A stretch of DNA of 64,000 bases from Obrimoposthia wandeli (taxonomy: Eukaryota). The stretch covers positions 1-64,000 of the forward strand of contig CDROCS010004219.1 in assembly GCA_977020255.1 (NCBI GenBank), read 5' to 3'. Of the stretch, positions 41,754-52,214 are shown piece by piece. The notes under the pieces are model-generated. The model saw nothing but the letters and a program-made list of their open reading frames with translations. It made no database searches and was not told where the DNA came from. Each line of letters starts with the position of its first letter. Within the stretch, counting starts at the first letter, position 1. The translations under genes were made by a program, and so were the position numbers.

Positions 41754-43928
41754 TTAATAGATGTCTTCAAGATAGCGGCCACACTGCCGCAATTCAGTGA
41801 GGCTAAGGCCTATACTGGTACAAATAATATCAATTTCATGGGCCACTGCATGTGCCATTTTGGATGAACCACACACCATGATAGTGGCATCCTGAGATAA
41901 ATTTTTGGCTAGTGTGGCAGTAGCACCACGTAAGCGCTCTTGTACATAAACATGATCACCATGGCGCGAAAAGGCAGTGTGAAGCGCATTCAAACGACCG
42001 TCGTTTTGCCACTCTTTAATGGCATCACTGTAGTAAAAATCATATTCGGGGTGGCGCAATCCTAAAAACAGTTCCATTGATTGATTACGATTGCCACGTA
42101 TCATGCCAGCAAAAGGTGCAATGCCAGTACCTGCGCCAATCATAATGGTAGGCGCATTTCGTGCCGGTCGAAAATAAGGGTTATATTCAACATAAGCATC
42201 TATATTTTGGCCCAATTGCATCCCCAGTAAATGGTTAGAGCACACGCCGCCATCCACCTCAACGACACAAAGCTCAACCATAGCTTCCTTCTTTGAAGAG
42301 GCTAGCGAGTATAAACGTGGTATAGGATCTTGCGGGGGGATAACCCCTAATAAATCTCCAGCTTGAAAAGCTGGTAGGCGCGCTCCTTTTGGTGCCCGAA
42401 AACGCAGTATCGCAGAATGTGCTCCGTCATAACCGATGTAGCTCACTCGCTCGAAAAGCTCTAGTTTTCGAGTACTTGGCTTAGGCGGGGTGTAATCTAG
42501 TCGTAATTTATCCAGCTCAAGTATAGGAGCAAGTGCATGCCCCCATGCAGTGAAAGCTTGCCCAGAGCGTCGGTTAATATCACTCATAGGCAGTAAACTA
42601 TTACGTCCAGATGCGAGTAGCGCTTTATGACAATTACTGGCAAAGGCGCAATACGCTGAGAAAGCTTTATCGCCAAATCCTAGCACCGCAAAACTTTGCC
42701 CACCTTGGTAAGCAACTAGCCTTTGCAAAAACTGCGATGCGCTCGAGGGCGGTGTACCGTTACCATAAGTGGCTGCAAGTAAGATCAACTTTGCCTCATC
42801 TTGCAGCTGATACGTTTTATTCATATCACCCAGATGCACTGCTTTGCCTTCATCACGCAGCTTTTTTGCCAAATGGACTGCGAACCCCCAAGTCGAACCT
42901 GTTTCAGAGCCAACTAAAATCACCACCTGCGCGTTACTGGCCGATACCATACCGCGCGGTTTAGGGTGACTACGACGTAGCCAAACTAAAAGACCTGTTA
43001 TGGTAAAAAAGGGAATACTAAGCGCTACTATACCCGCTATCGCACCCCATACTGAGGCTCCTTGACCGGTATGCAGCAAGGTAAATAAGTCTAATACACG
43101 GCTCATAATAGGCAAGCTTTCATGACTGAGTATTTTGCCAGATTGTCGATCAATGAACGTTAATTTCGCTCCTTGGCGCAACACATAAACATCCCACCAG
43201 TCAGACCAAATAGGAAAACTTAGTTCTGTTAAACCGCGCAGTTTAACCGTATTAAAAATATCCAATTGAACTGCTGGTATCGGCTCAGCCTCCACTAAAG
43301 ACTCCGGATAATGCGTATTCGAATCACTCCCAGAGGGTATAACTGCGTTTGACACAAGTGACATCCAGGTACCAGATAACATGGTTACAAATAACGGAAT
43401 AACCAGTAATCGACCTAACACTGTATGCCATTTATCAAGCCCTCGCCCTTTGACTGGTACTAAAATTCTCGCAAAACCACCGAGACGACGGGCTAACAAA
43501 ATCACCCCTGTTATTAAAAGTAGTAACATTGTCGTCACACCGATCAATGTTATAGGGCGCCCTTTAGGACCAATCGCCAAATTACGATGTAGACTGTTGA
43601 CTAAGTCCATAAACGGTTCAGGTCTGTCTTTACGCGCCAGACGACCATTATGTGGGTTAAAAGGTACTTCTCTTGAGCCTGCTGCATCTGAACCTCTTAA
43701 CAACACGCGTCCAGAATAATCGATACGTATCCGATCAATGTCAAAATAGGGGCTCTTTTTGGCCGACAGTTGCAGCACATCTCCCACTGTCAACTCACCT
43801 AAGTTATGCACATTACGATCAAAGCGCTTAAGTAACGGATCTATCGAAAGAATAGCGCCGGTACCCGCCATAAAAATCAGCAGTAATCCGAGTACTACCC
43901 CCTGCCATCGATGCAATTGACGCCACAT
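41754..43928 (-). CDS. PepSY-TM domain fused to flavodoxin, FAD-binding and NAD(P)H-binding domains
   Basis: TM His motifs LHRW, LHRNL, WHTVLG, LHTG; GSETG, ATYGNG, GFGD; RLYSLAS; GAGTGIAPF; RYLEDIY. Confidence 0.9.
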   Translation of the reverse strand: MWRQLHRWQGVVLGLLLIFMAGTGAILSIDPLLKRFDRNVHNLGELTVGDVLQLSAKKSPYFDIDRIRIDYSGRVLLRGSDAAGSREVPFNPHNGRLARKDRPEPFMDLVNSLHRNLAIGPKGRPITLIGVTTMLLLLITGVILLARRLGGFARILVPVKGRGLDKWHTVLGRLLVIPLFVTMLSGTWMSLVSNAVIPSGSDSNTHYPESLVEAEPIPAVQLDIFNTVKLRGLTELSFPIWSDWWDVYVLRQGAKLTFIDRQSGKILSHESLPIMSRVLDLFTLLHTGQGASVWGAIAGIVALSIPFFTITGLLVWLRRSHPKPRGMVSASNAQVVILVGSETGSTWGFAVHLAKKLRDEGKAVHLGDMNKTYQLQDEAKLILLAATYGNGTPPSSASQFLQRLVAYQGGQSFAVLGFGDKAFSAYCAFASNCHKALLASGRNSLLPMSDINRRSGQAFTAWGHALAPILELDKLRLDYTPPKPSTRKLELFERVSYIGYDGAHSAILRFRAPKGARLPAFQAGDLLGVIPPQDPIPRLYSLASSKKEAMVELCVVEVDGGVCSNHLLGMQLGQNIDAYVEYNPYFRPARNAPTIMIGAGTGIAPFAGMIRGNRNQSMELFLGLRHPEYDFYYSDAIKEWQNDGRLNALHTAFSRHGDHVYVQERLRGATATLAKNLSQDATIMVCGSSKMAHAVAHEIDIICTSIGLSLTELRQCGRYLEDIY

Positions 43929-43934
43929 GTCAGA

Positions 43935-44426
43935 TTAATACTTGTATCTAAGGTAGCGGACATAACCAGTTCCAGGAATCTTCTTCCTTTGGTTTTCACT
44001 CGTCAGATCGACCTCTGCATCTGTTTGTACATTATCAGCATTCTCAACCGAGGTTTCTACGCGCAGCTTATAACCTGCATCCACTAGACGCTTATCTATG
44101 TCTACTTCCATTACTGCACGCTCACCTCCAGGTGTTGAGGCTCCAGTAATAGCATCCACATTTTCGCGCGCACGGTTGTGATAACCAAACCAACGCTTAG
44201 AATCAGGCCACCAAATTTTATCAGGCCCTGATACCCACAGCGTGCGATCAAACTTCCCTTTTGGGTTCACTAAATAAAGATGAAAATACGCCTCAGGCCC
44301 ATTGTATTCATTCAATTGAACCAACACGACAGCTGCATCTGCTCGCAGTGGAGCAGCGAGAGAAATAACAGATGCACCTATGAAAAAAGGGACACGAAGA
44401 CAAGCAAGTAATGATGACGATGACAT
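43935..44426 (-). CDS. DUF2271-family exported protein with flavinylation motif (start moved to ATG 44426, RBS AGGAG)
   Basis: YNGPEAY..YL, TLWVSG, W..W, DAITGAS, LRVETSVE. Confidence 0.85.
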   Translation of the reverse strand: MSSSSLLACLRVPFFIGASVISLAAPLRADAAVVLVQLNEYNGPEAYFHLYLVNPKGKFDRTLWVSGPDKIWWPDSKRWFGYHNRARENVDAITGASTPGGERAVMEVDIDKRLVDAGYKLRVETSVENADNVQTDAEVDLTSENQRKKIPGTGYVRYLRYKY

Positions 44427-44500
44427 TTTAGATCTCCTGAGCGTTTTAAAGTAAAGCACAACTCAGGGCTGTAACAATCCTTAAACAACTGAATACAAAT

Positions 44501-44519
44501 AATAATCTAAAGCATTATC
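44501..44519. promoter_or_regulatory. Fur-box-like site upstream of the DUF2271 operon
   Basis: AATAATCTAAAGCATTATC, 14/19 to GATAATGATAATCATTATC; the AT-rich background weakens this. Confidence 0.4.
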
Positions 44520-44586
44520 TTTTTATTTCAACAACAGTCAAGCGTTAATAAGAACTATTATTACTACGATTATAAACAAAGCCGGA

Positions 44587-44700
44587 TTACATCCTTGATA
44601 AATTACCGGTACGGCCAAAGTCTGCCTGAATCTCATCGGTAATTAACACACTAGCGTGTTCATGTATTAGCTGTCGCTTGCTCTAAAAAACTCACCAACC
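44587..44700 (-). pseudogene. Internal remnant of a class-III PLP aminotransferase
   Basis: FLEQ/RQLIHEHASVLITDEIQADFGRTG (one frameshift), matching the family motif LLIxDEVQTGFGRTG, then a stop. Confidence 0.7.
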
Positions 44701-44939
44701 CATTAATTGCAAAAATCTAGGCACATCAACATCCCTACCAGCTTGGCTCGCTCGGCACTATCTCTAGAATCATTTTTTACCGCTATCAGCTAGAAGGTTG
44801 AGAGTAGGCAAATATGCATACCCACCGGCTAAGCCGTTCATTGTGATGTAAAGGGCATTTCAGGTGTGTAAATATTAGTAGAACTGGGGGAATATAATAT
44901 GACAGAGAGATTACTAAAAATAATAAGAGTTTTAGCAAC

Positions 44940-45235
44940 CTAACCCACTATTAATGCATCAATCAGCCATTTGTGACACTGTGAAGAGTTATTTTTAACA
45001 TGCCAAATAACTGCAAGACTATAACCAGACCAATGAAAGGGTAACTCATTCATCTCAAAGTTTTTAAAGATTGAAGTGATAACGCTTTAGGCCGGGAGGC
45101 AACAATATCTGTCCCTTGAATAAGTGATGCTAACGCAAAGAAGCCTGGAGCACTTGTCACTATTTGACGCGCATGCCCTTGTGTTTGCAATAATTGATCA
45201 ATTTCTGTCTGGTGCTTGTTGCCAAAGGGCATAAT
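44940..45235 (-). pseudogene. LysR-family regulator, C-terminal half only, frameshifted
   Basis: EIDQLLQTQGHARQIVTSAPGF..GTDIVA, frameshift near 45060, then ELPF..AVIWH..HKWLIDAL*; no HTH. Confidence 0.8.
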
Positions 45236-45237
45236 GC

Positions 45238-45753
45238 CGCGTTGCTGCAGGTAAGTTGGTCGAGCACTGGGATCATTATCAACAAGTACCAGCAAAATCT
45301 GCAAACGCTAATACTATGTACGAAGGTCCAGATGCCGATATTTACTCCACCCAAAATACCGCGCAAAACAAACAGCGCGCATTAGCTATTTTAGCGAGCT
45401 TTAACAATCCATCGGACACATCGGCAATTAAAAAATATGTGGCTGACAAATATATACAACATAACCCTTACGTTGCAGATGGAGCACAACCCTTAGTTAG
45501 CTACCTTACTGAATTAGCTGAGAATAAGGTCCGTTTAAAAACAAACATTGCGAAAACTATCGCCATGGGAGATATGGTACTTATACACTCTCGCCAGACA
45601 AATTTAGATATAAAAGATGATTTAGGATATGGCTATATGGATATTTTCCGCCTTAATGATGCGGGTAAAATAGTTGAACACTGGGATATTGAAGAAAAAA
45701 TTAGTGGAGAATCTAACAACAATAATGAAATTTTTGGCTATCCTACTCAGTAA
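45238..45753 (+). pseudogene. 5'-truncated tandem SnoaL/NTF2-like protein
   Basis: Begins at RVAAGKLVEHWD (end of domain 1); second domain intact (YIQHNP..DG, DIFR..GKIVEHWD). Confidence 0.75.
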
Positions 45754-45789
45754 AACTCTTCGTTAAAAGTTTGGTATGAAAGACAGATG

Positions 45790-45827
45790 AGGTTAACCCC
45801 CTGCGCTGAACAGCAGAGGTTTAACCT
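45790..45827. terminator. Hairpin between convergent genes
   Basis: AGGTTAA..CTGC-N8-GCAG..TTAACCT. Confidence 0.5.
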
Positions 45828-45882
45828 TAATAATTTAAGTAACAATTAATATGTAAGTTGCTTTATCACAACGCTGTTTATC

Positions 45883-46653
45883 TTATTTATACCAATCAAC
45901 CAACACTACATTAATGTCTTTATTCGCTTCATTTACAATGCGCTTAAATTCATTAACATCGCTAAAAGAGGCTTTCCCATCTTTTTTACCACGATAGTGA
46001 TAGGGATAAACAGTATTAGGTTTAAATGCTAAAACACCATCGGCTGCTGCTGCAACGGTCATGGTGTAAGGTAGATTCATGGTAACAAATGCCACATCAA
46101 TATTTTTCAACGCGCGCATTTCTTTGATGTCTGCCGTATCACCTGAAAAATATACGCGCTTATCAGCAAAGGTTAATACGTAGCCATTACCACGTCCTTT
46201 TACATGTTTAGCATCATCACTTTGCGGTAAATTATACATAGGGATCGCTTCAATTTTAATACCATCTTGCATCATATCTTTGCCATTATCTAATCGAATT
46301 GACACCTTTTTAAGATTAGCCGGTAATTTTTCAATCACTGCTTGTGGCGCGATTATTGTCGTACCTTCTTTAACCAACGCCGTTAATGCGGGTACATTTA
46401 AATGATCGCCATGTATATCTGTCACTAGGATTAAATCAGTATTTTTATCGCCACCGTGTGCACTTTTTACAGGATCCAATAATATATTGAGCCCTTTATA
46501 TGAAAGCGATGTGCTTGCGTGTTTTATGGGCTCTATTAATAAATCCCCCTCTGCTGTCTTGAAACTATCCGCCATGACTGAGTTGGCAGAAAAAGCAGTT
46601 AATAGCAATGTGGTACAAGCCGCTACACGGGCAGCGTAGATACTTTTATTCAT
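45883..46653 (-). CDS. Secreted MBL-fold metallo-hydrolase (UlaG-like; start ATG 46653, RBS GGAG)
   Basis: Signal peptide; ILVTDIHGDH, HVKGRGNGYV, YFSGDT, MNLPYTM, YPYHY. Confidence 0.88.
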   Translation of the reverse strand: MNKSIYAARVAACTTLLLTAFSANSVMADSFKTAEGDLLIEPIKHASTSLSYKGLNILLDPVKSAHGGDKNTDLILVTDIHGDHLNVPALTALVKEGTTIIAPQAVIEKLPANLKKVSIRLDNGKDMMQDGIKIEAIPMYNLPQSDDAKHVKGRGNGYVLTFADKRVYFSGDTADIKEMRALKNIDVAFVTMNLPYTMTVAAAADGVLAFKPNTVYPYHYRGKKDGKASFSDVNEFKRIVNEANKDINVVLVDWYK

Positions 46654-46951
46654 GGTGGACTCCAATAGTGATATTTTTTATAGATATTCCAGCTGTTTAA
46701 TTACTAAACAACATTACAACAAAGTACTTCTCCCAACAAGCTCTGGAAAAGTAGCTTTAACAAAGATGAATTGGGCTTAGCCTAAATTATCAAGGGCAAA
46801 CTCCTCGCTACGCAAGAATGCTTAACCCGAGGGGCTTTAATCGATTAGCTACTCATGAAGTGCATAACTTATATTTACTTTTAATTCGTCACTGATTTTT
46901 TGTAAAAAAATACAGCTATGAGCGGCAGTAAAGCAATGTCAGCACTGAAAT

Positions 46952-48112
46952 TTATCTTAATATACTGTCAATTTGCTCACTCAATTTTAAAAAATATGGA
47001 TTCCACGACAGTCTTGCATGTATACGTCCCGCCTCACTATAACCATACTCTGCATACCAAGTATCTCTGCCTATTTTGCATTGTCTAAACGCTTCGCTGG
47101 TTAAGTCTTCACTACAAAATTTAAAACTGCCTGCTTTTCCATAAAAAGTATTTTGAGGAGAAAACAAAACATTCATATGAGAAAAGGTACTTATATTATG
47201 GATAGGTATGTTTTTAGCATGATAAATCACCCGTTTATCTGTAAACAATTGCTTATCTCCGTACCAAACTAAACGGCTTTCAGGGTGTGTGAAATTTTGT
47301 GTGAATAGCTCATAAATTTCATTCGAATCAATGACTACATCATCTTCACTAATGGTTATTAATACTGGTTTATCATAATTAAATTGTTTTAACTGCTTAA
47401 CTACTTTCATTGCTGATAGGTAATAATTAGCAGCCGCTTGTGTTGTTAATGATTCATATTTTGTATAGTTACCCACAGGTACATCAACATCAACCCAGTC
47501 AACAAGCTTACTTGCAAACGGCGCTAAAAATAACCCTTTTCGGTTTGATTTAAAACCGGGCGAAAATAACAAGAGCCCAGATATATCAGGATTTTCAATG
47601 GCCAGTGATGTAACCAAATTAGCACCGGTTGAGAAACCACCTAACCATAATTCCTCCACTTCTTTTTTAAACATTTCCACTTGATGCAGTACTGCTTCTT
47701 CCCAGCTTTTCAAGGTCACATGTTTAAGATCAGCAGGTTTGCTGCCATGTCCTGGAACTAACATAACACGCACTATAAAGCCTTTCTCGACCAACTCTTT
47801 GGCTATATCTTTAAAGTAAAAAGGAGATCCTGCTAATCCATGTACCAATAAAATACCTCTGTTAGATTTCATACTAGGCTTTAACTCAAACGGCGAGTTG
47901 GCCTCAATTTCAGCAGCTTTATTCTCACTGACAAACACTCTGTTTTGTTTAAGCCATGCAACAGTGTCACGCTGGTACTCAACAAAGCTCGACTGCTGAT
48001 AGTTAGCTAATGCCTTTGACGGTTCATACAAAGGTTTATCAGGAGCCATGGTGCAGTTGGTGAGCCCCAATAAACACAACGCAATCGCCACAATAGTAAA
48101 CAAAAAACGCAT
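46952..48112 (-). CDS. Exported alpha/beta hydrolase, probable lipoprotein
   Basis: LTNC lipobox-like, LVHGLAGSP, PGHG, GGFSTG nucleophile, FSH. Confidence 0.85.
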   Translation of the reverse strand: MRFLFTIVAIALCLLGLTNCTMAPDKPLYEPSKALANYQQSSFVEYQRDTVAWLKQNRVFVSENKAAEIEANSPFELKPSMKSNRGILLVHGLAGSPFYFKDIAKELVEKGFIVRVMLVPGHGSKPADLKHVTLKSWEEAVLHQVEMFKKEVEELWLGGFSTGANLVTSLAIENPDISGLLLFSPGFKSNRKGLFLAPFASKLVDWVDVDVPVGNYTKYESLTTQAAANYYLSAMKVVKQLKQFNYDKPVLITISEDDVVIDSNEIYELFTQNFTHPESRLVWYGDKQLFTDKRVIYHAKNIPIHNISTFSHMNVLFSPQNTFYGKAGSFKFCSEDLTSEAFRQCKIGRDTWYAEYGYSEAGRIHARLSWNPYFLKLSEQIDSILR

Positions 48113-48194
48113 AATCCCCCTTTAACCCGACCGTTGTATTTATTTGAGGTCCCAATATAAAGCCAGCCTTGTGAAAATTATGTAGAAAGATCAT

Positions 48195-48227
48195 TCCACA
48201 TTTTTTACACATTCAAGCAGGTACTAT
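48195..48227 (+). promoter_or_regulatory. ColR-type box 1 plus -10 element
   Basis: TCCACATTTTTTACAC (48195-48210), 11 bp, TACTAT (48222-48227). Confidence 0.7.
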
Positions 48228-48257
48228 TAGCTTAATTAACACTTAAGAACGAACGCT

Positions 48258-50519
48258 ATGACAACCAGACAAAGCAGCAACCATTCAAGTTTATTAAAGT
48301 CTGTCATTATTGGGCTATTACTGTGCTTACCAACCGTACTTACAGCGCAACCCACTGTAAATGAGAGCGCCTCAAGTGAGTCTGATTTTAGTGAAACGAC
48401 GACTGAAAACAAAACGGTTGATCAGCAATTATCAGTATTATCCGATACTCAAGCTAGAGCATTGTTACGCGCACAACTCATCAAAAATAATCAGCAGCAA
48501 CAAATTGATACAACTAATTCAACCGTATTTGTTGTTATTAAAGAGAGCCTAGCTAATACCCTGTTAGCCTTTCAAGATGCTTTTATAAAAGTAATGAACA
48601 TTAACAAAGCATATGATCAATTAGCAGCGATCTTTAGTGGGGAGTTTAAAGCGCCTATGAGTTTTTTTAATGCAGCAATGCAATTATTAATGCTTGTGGT
48701 TTTGGCTTTAAGCATTGAATTGTTGTTCAAAAAAATCACACGAGCAAGAACAATAAGTCTACTCTTAGGCAATGACACATTAAAAAGTGGCAGGTTTTTA
48801 TCGCTAGGTAAAATTGCTTTTTACAGGTTAGTTGGCGCGGGTATTTTTTACAGTGCTTGTTTTTTAGTACTGCCTTATATATTTACTCAAAATAGTTTTC
48901 TTTTAACAGCATATGCGTTTTTAGATTACACAATGATTGCCCGTTTAACCTACATCGGTTGCGCATTTTTCTTTGCACCTAAGCATCCTCAACTACGCTT
49001 ATTTAATATAGATGATACATTAGCATCCCGTTTGTTAAGTCGTTTGGTGATTGTGAGTTTATTCTCTGCATTGAGTATTTTTGTAGATTTATTTAAAAAC
49101 CTTGGAATACCTCAAGGACTCTACAAACTAGGCTTTTGGACCAGTATTTTATCTTATATTGCAATGATCGTTGCGGTCTATTTAAGTAGAGACGGTATTA
49201 AAAAAATGCTATTGCATACTGAATCTGGCAACAGCAAACAACGTATTTTATTTGCTAACATTTGGCCCACTATTGTCATTTCTTGTATTGTGCTTGTTTG
49301 GCTCACATTAGAAATTGTCGTAGCGAATGTAGGCTTTGATGATGATATAGTCTATGCGGCAACATTTACGATGCTCGCTATTCTCGCAGTGCCGTTTTTT
49401 GATATCGCAATTATTACTATCGTCAATACTAAGAACCCATCTAATACCAACCAATCTAAAACCCAGCAAAAACTAAATTCATCCTTAAAATTTAGTATTT
49501 TACGTATTTCAAGAATTATGACATTTATGAGTTTGGTATTTGTCTTCTCGTTGCTGTGGGGTATAGATTATCTTAGCCTCAGTACACAAGGTTTCGCCGC
49601 TATCATAATTACAAGAGTAATCGAAGCGACTATTTTACTGCTATTTGGCCTCATTAGTTGGGAAATAGTGAATGTATATATTCAACGAAAGCTAACTAAA
49701 GAGCTACCTGATAGTGATGAAGAGGCCATGGATGCAGAGGGCGGCCAAGGGCTATCTCGCTCAGCCACACTACTACCGCTTATCAAGAACACCATCGCTT
49801 TCTTTATTTTCATCTTATCAATAATCGGTGCCTTATCTACGTTAGGCTTTAATACTACTGCATTGTTAGCTGGTGCTGGTGTATTAGGCTTAGCCATTGG
49901 TTTTGGCGCGCAAACCTTAGTCAAAGATATTGTTTCAGGCGTGTTCTTCCTCATTGATGATGCATTTCGCATGGGAGAGTATGTGGTGATTGGAAGCACG
50001 ATGGGGAGTGTTGAAAAAATCGCATTACGATCATTAAGATTACGCCATCACTTAGGTGCTTTACATACTGTCCCCTACGGTGAAATTCCAAGCCTAACGA
50101 ACTACAGCCGCGACTGGGTTATTATGAAATTGCGCTTTAGAGTACCTCATGACACAGATATTAATAAAGTCAAAAAATTATTCAAAAAGCTGGGCAAAGA
50201 GCTATTAGAACACCCAGAGCTTGGTAAAGATTTCATTGAACCGTTTAAAAGCCAAGGTGTTTTAGAAGTCGATGAAGTAGGTATGTTAATTAGAGGAAAG
50301 TTCACCTGTAAGCCTGGCGGCCAATTTATGATACGCAAGCAAGTGTACTTACGAGTACAGCAAATATTTGCTGAAAACAATATCGAGTTTGCTAAACGCA
50401 AGGTAGAAGTACAACTGCCTAAAGATGTACCCCCTTCACTGATGGCGCCGCTAAGTGCGGCAGCTGCAGAAATTTCAGTCGCTGCAAGCACTCCCGTTAT
50501 TGTTCCGCCGACAACTTAA
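48258..50519 (+). CDS. Large MscS-family mechanosensitive channel
   Basis: Many TM segments, LLAGAGVLGLAIGFGAQTLVKD, GSVEKIALRSLRLR, VPYGEI. Confidence 0.93.
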   Translation: MTTRQSSNHSSLLKSVIIGLLLCLPTVLTAQPTVNESASSESDFSETTTENKTVDQQLSVLSDTQARALLRAQLIKNNQQQQIDTTNSTVFVVIKESLANTLLAFQDAFIKVMNINKAYDQLAAIFSGEFKAPMSFFNAAMQLLMLVVLALSIELLFKKITRARTISLLLGNDTLKSGRFLSLGKIAFYRLVGAGIFYSACFLVLPYIFTQNSFLLTAYAFLDYTMIARLTYIGCAFFFAPKHPQLRLFNIDDTLASRLLSRLVIVSLFSALSIFVDLFKNLGIPQGLYKLGFWTSILSYIAMIVAVYLSRDGIKKMLLHTESGNSKQRILFANIWPTIVISCIVLVWLTLEIVVANVGFDDDIVYAATFTMLAILAVPFFDIAIITIVNTKNPSNTNQSKTQQKLNSSLKFSILRISRIMTFMSLVFVFSLLWGIDYLSLSTQGFAAIIITRVIEATILLLFGLISWEIVNVYIQRKLTKELPDSDEEAMDAEGGQGLSRSATLLPLIKNTIAFFIFILSIIGALSTLGFNTTALLAGAGVLGLAIGFGAQTLVKDIVSGVFFLIDDAFRMGEYVVIGSTMGSVEKIALRSLRLRHHLGALHTVPYGEIPSLTNYSRDWVIMKLRFRVPHDTDINKVKKLFKKLGKELLEHPELGKDFIEPFKSQGVLEVDEVGMLIRGKFTCKPGGQFMIRKQVYLRVQQIFAENNIEFAKRKVEVQLPKDVPPSLMAPLSAAAAEISVAASTPVIVPPTT

Positions 50520-50548
50520 TCAAATTTTTTAAAAAGAGATAATTCGCT

Positions 50549-51529
50549 ATGCCAAATAAAACACTTTTACTCTCTAGTTTTATTCTAGCCAGCACAATGA
50601 CCAACATTAGTGACGTTTACGCAAAGGATAGTCTAACACCCCCTGCATGGAGTACCCCACAGCGTGGTTCCATCAGTTGGAATGAGCCAAAAACGCCTGC
50701 TGTACATACATTAGAGGGCAGTAGAAAATCATACAGTTTTGAAGAAATAGATGCCAAAAACTCAGCCCCTATTTGGTTTGAAAACCCACTATTAGCCATG
50801 CCAACTATTGTCCAGTACGGCAAAGGAAAAAAAGTATGGGCTTGTGCTTCGTGTCACTTAACCTCGGGGATGGGCCATCCAGAATCATCAAGATTAGCCG
50901 GCCTAACGAGCATATACATACAAGAGCAAATGCAGGCATTTACATCTGGAAAGCGTGTAGATTACAGTGGGCACATGAATCGCATGGCACCTTTAATAAC
51001 CACCGCTGAAACAAAAGAAATAGCAGATTGGTTTGCCACTTTAAAGCCAATTAAATGGTATGAGGTAATTGAGAGTGCACAAGTACCTAAAACTGTTTTA
51101 GATAAGACGCGTATGAGAATTTTGTATTCTGATGCATTTGCCAATGCTGAAAATACCTTGGAAAATATTAACCAGCGTATTATTGAACTACCAATAGATA
51201 TATTAAAAGTTAAAAAGCGATCGCCTATTTCAGGTTTTACCGCTTATGTTGAACCTGGCAGTATAAAACGTGGGCAACAAGCCAGCGTTAAATACGCTTG
51301 TAGTGCCTGTCATGGTGCTCTTTTAAAAGGGGCTGCTATTGCTCCCAATATCGCCGGTGTTTCACCCATCTACCTTATGCGCCAACTCTACAGTTTTAAA
51401 AACGGCCAGCGAAAAGGTGAATATTCTGATAAAGGCGCTATGATGAGTAACTTATCAACGTTAATAAGTACCCAAGAAATAGCTGATTTAGCCAGCTATA
51501 TCGCCACACTTAATCCGCAGAGCGAATAA
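50549..51529 (+). CDS. Periplasmic diheme c-type cytochrome (c4/c553-like)
   Basis: Signal peptide; CASCH and CSACH; RLAGL..YI..Q, IAG..PIYLMRQL; Met ligands. Confidence 0.9.
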   Translation: MPNKTLLLSSFILASTMTNISDVYAKDSLTPPAWSTPQRGSISWNEPKTPAVHTLEGSRKSYSFEEIDAKNSAPIWFENPLLAMPTIVQYGKGKKVWACASCHLTSGMGHPESSRLAGLTSIYIQEQMQAFTSGKRVDYSGHMNRMAPLITTAETKEIADWFATLKPIKWYEVIESAQVPKTVLDKTRMRILYSDAFANAENTLENINQRIIELPIDILKVKKRSPISGFTAYVEPGSIKRGQQASVKYACSACHGALLKGAAIAPNIAGVSPIYLMRQLYSFKNGQRKGEYSDKGAMMSNLSTLISTQEIADLASYIATLNPQSE

Positions 51530-51533
51530 TAAA

Positions 51534-52211
51534 GTGCGTATACTTCTTGTTGAAGACAACTTAGAACTAGCCGGTAATATATGTGACTATTTAGAGTTAA
51601 ATGGTGTATTAACTGATCATGCTAATACAGGCAAACAAAGCTTTACTTTAGTTGAGCGTGCCAACTATGACGTCATTATTATGGATGTAATGATGCCGGG
51701 AATAGATGGATTTGAAACTTGCAGACAACTACGTCAACGATGCCAATGCCAAATCCCCACCATTTTTCTCACAGCAAGAACTGATTTAGAAGACAAGCTC
51801 AAGGGGTTTGAAGCAGGTGCTGATGATTATTTAACTAAGCCGTTTGAAATGGCAGAGCTACATTGTCGTCTACTGGCTCTACATATGCGAGGTAAGCGCC
51901 AAGATATTGGCGCACTGAGCTTCTTAGATCTTAAACTTAATACCCAAACGGGTTTAGTCACCCGAGACGGGCTTGATCTAAACCTCAATAAGATACAGTA
52001 CCAAATATTACTCACCCTTATTAAACACTCTCCTGCAATCGTATCGCGTGATGACTTGGAGTATCAAATTTGGAGGGAGGATGTACCAGATACCGATATT
52101 CTGCGTAGTCATATTTATCAGTTGCGCAAAATAATTGATAAACCTTTTGCCCAAACTTATATTCAAACAGTGCATGGTAAAGGCATAAAGCTCAGTGTAG
52201 GTGATCATTAA
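51534..52211 (+). CDS. colR: OmpR-family response regulator, ColR-like
   Basis: MRILLVEDN..NICDYL; C-terminal PDTDILRSHIYQLRKIIDKPF..IQTVHG closely recalls Pseudomonas ColR. Confidence 0.8.
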   Translation: MRILLVEDNLELAGNICDYLELNGVLTDHANTGKQSFTLVERANYDVIIMDVMMPGIDGFETCRQLRQRCQCQIPTIFLTARTDLEDKLKGFEAGADDYLTKPFEMAELHCRLLALHMRGKRQDIGALSFLDLKLNTQTGLVTRDGLDLNLNKIQYQILLTLIKHSPAIVSRDDLEYQIWREDVPDTDILRSHIYQLRKIIDKPFAQTYIQTVHGKGIKLSVGDH

Positions 52212-52214
52212 GCC

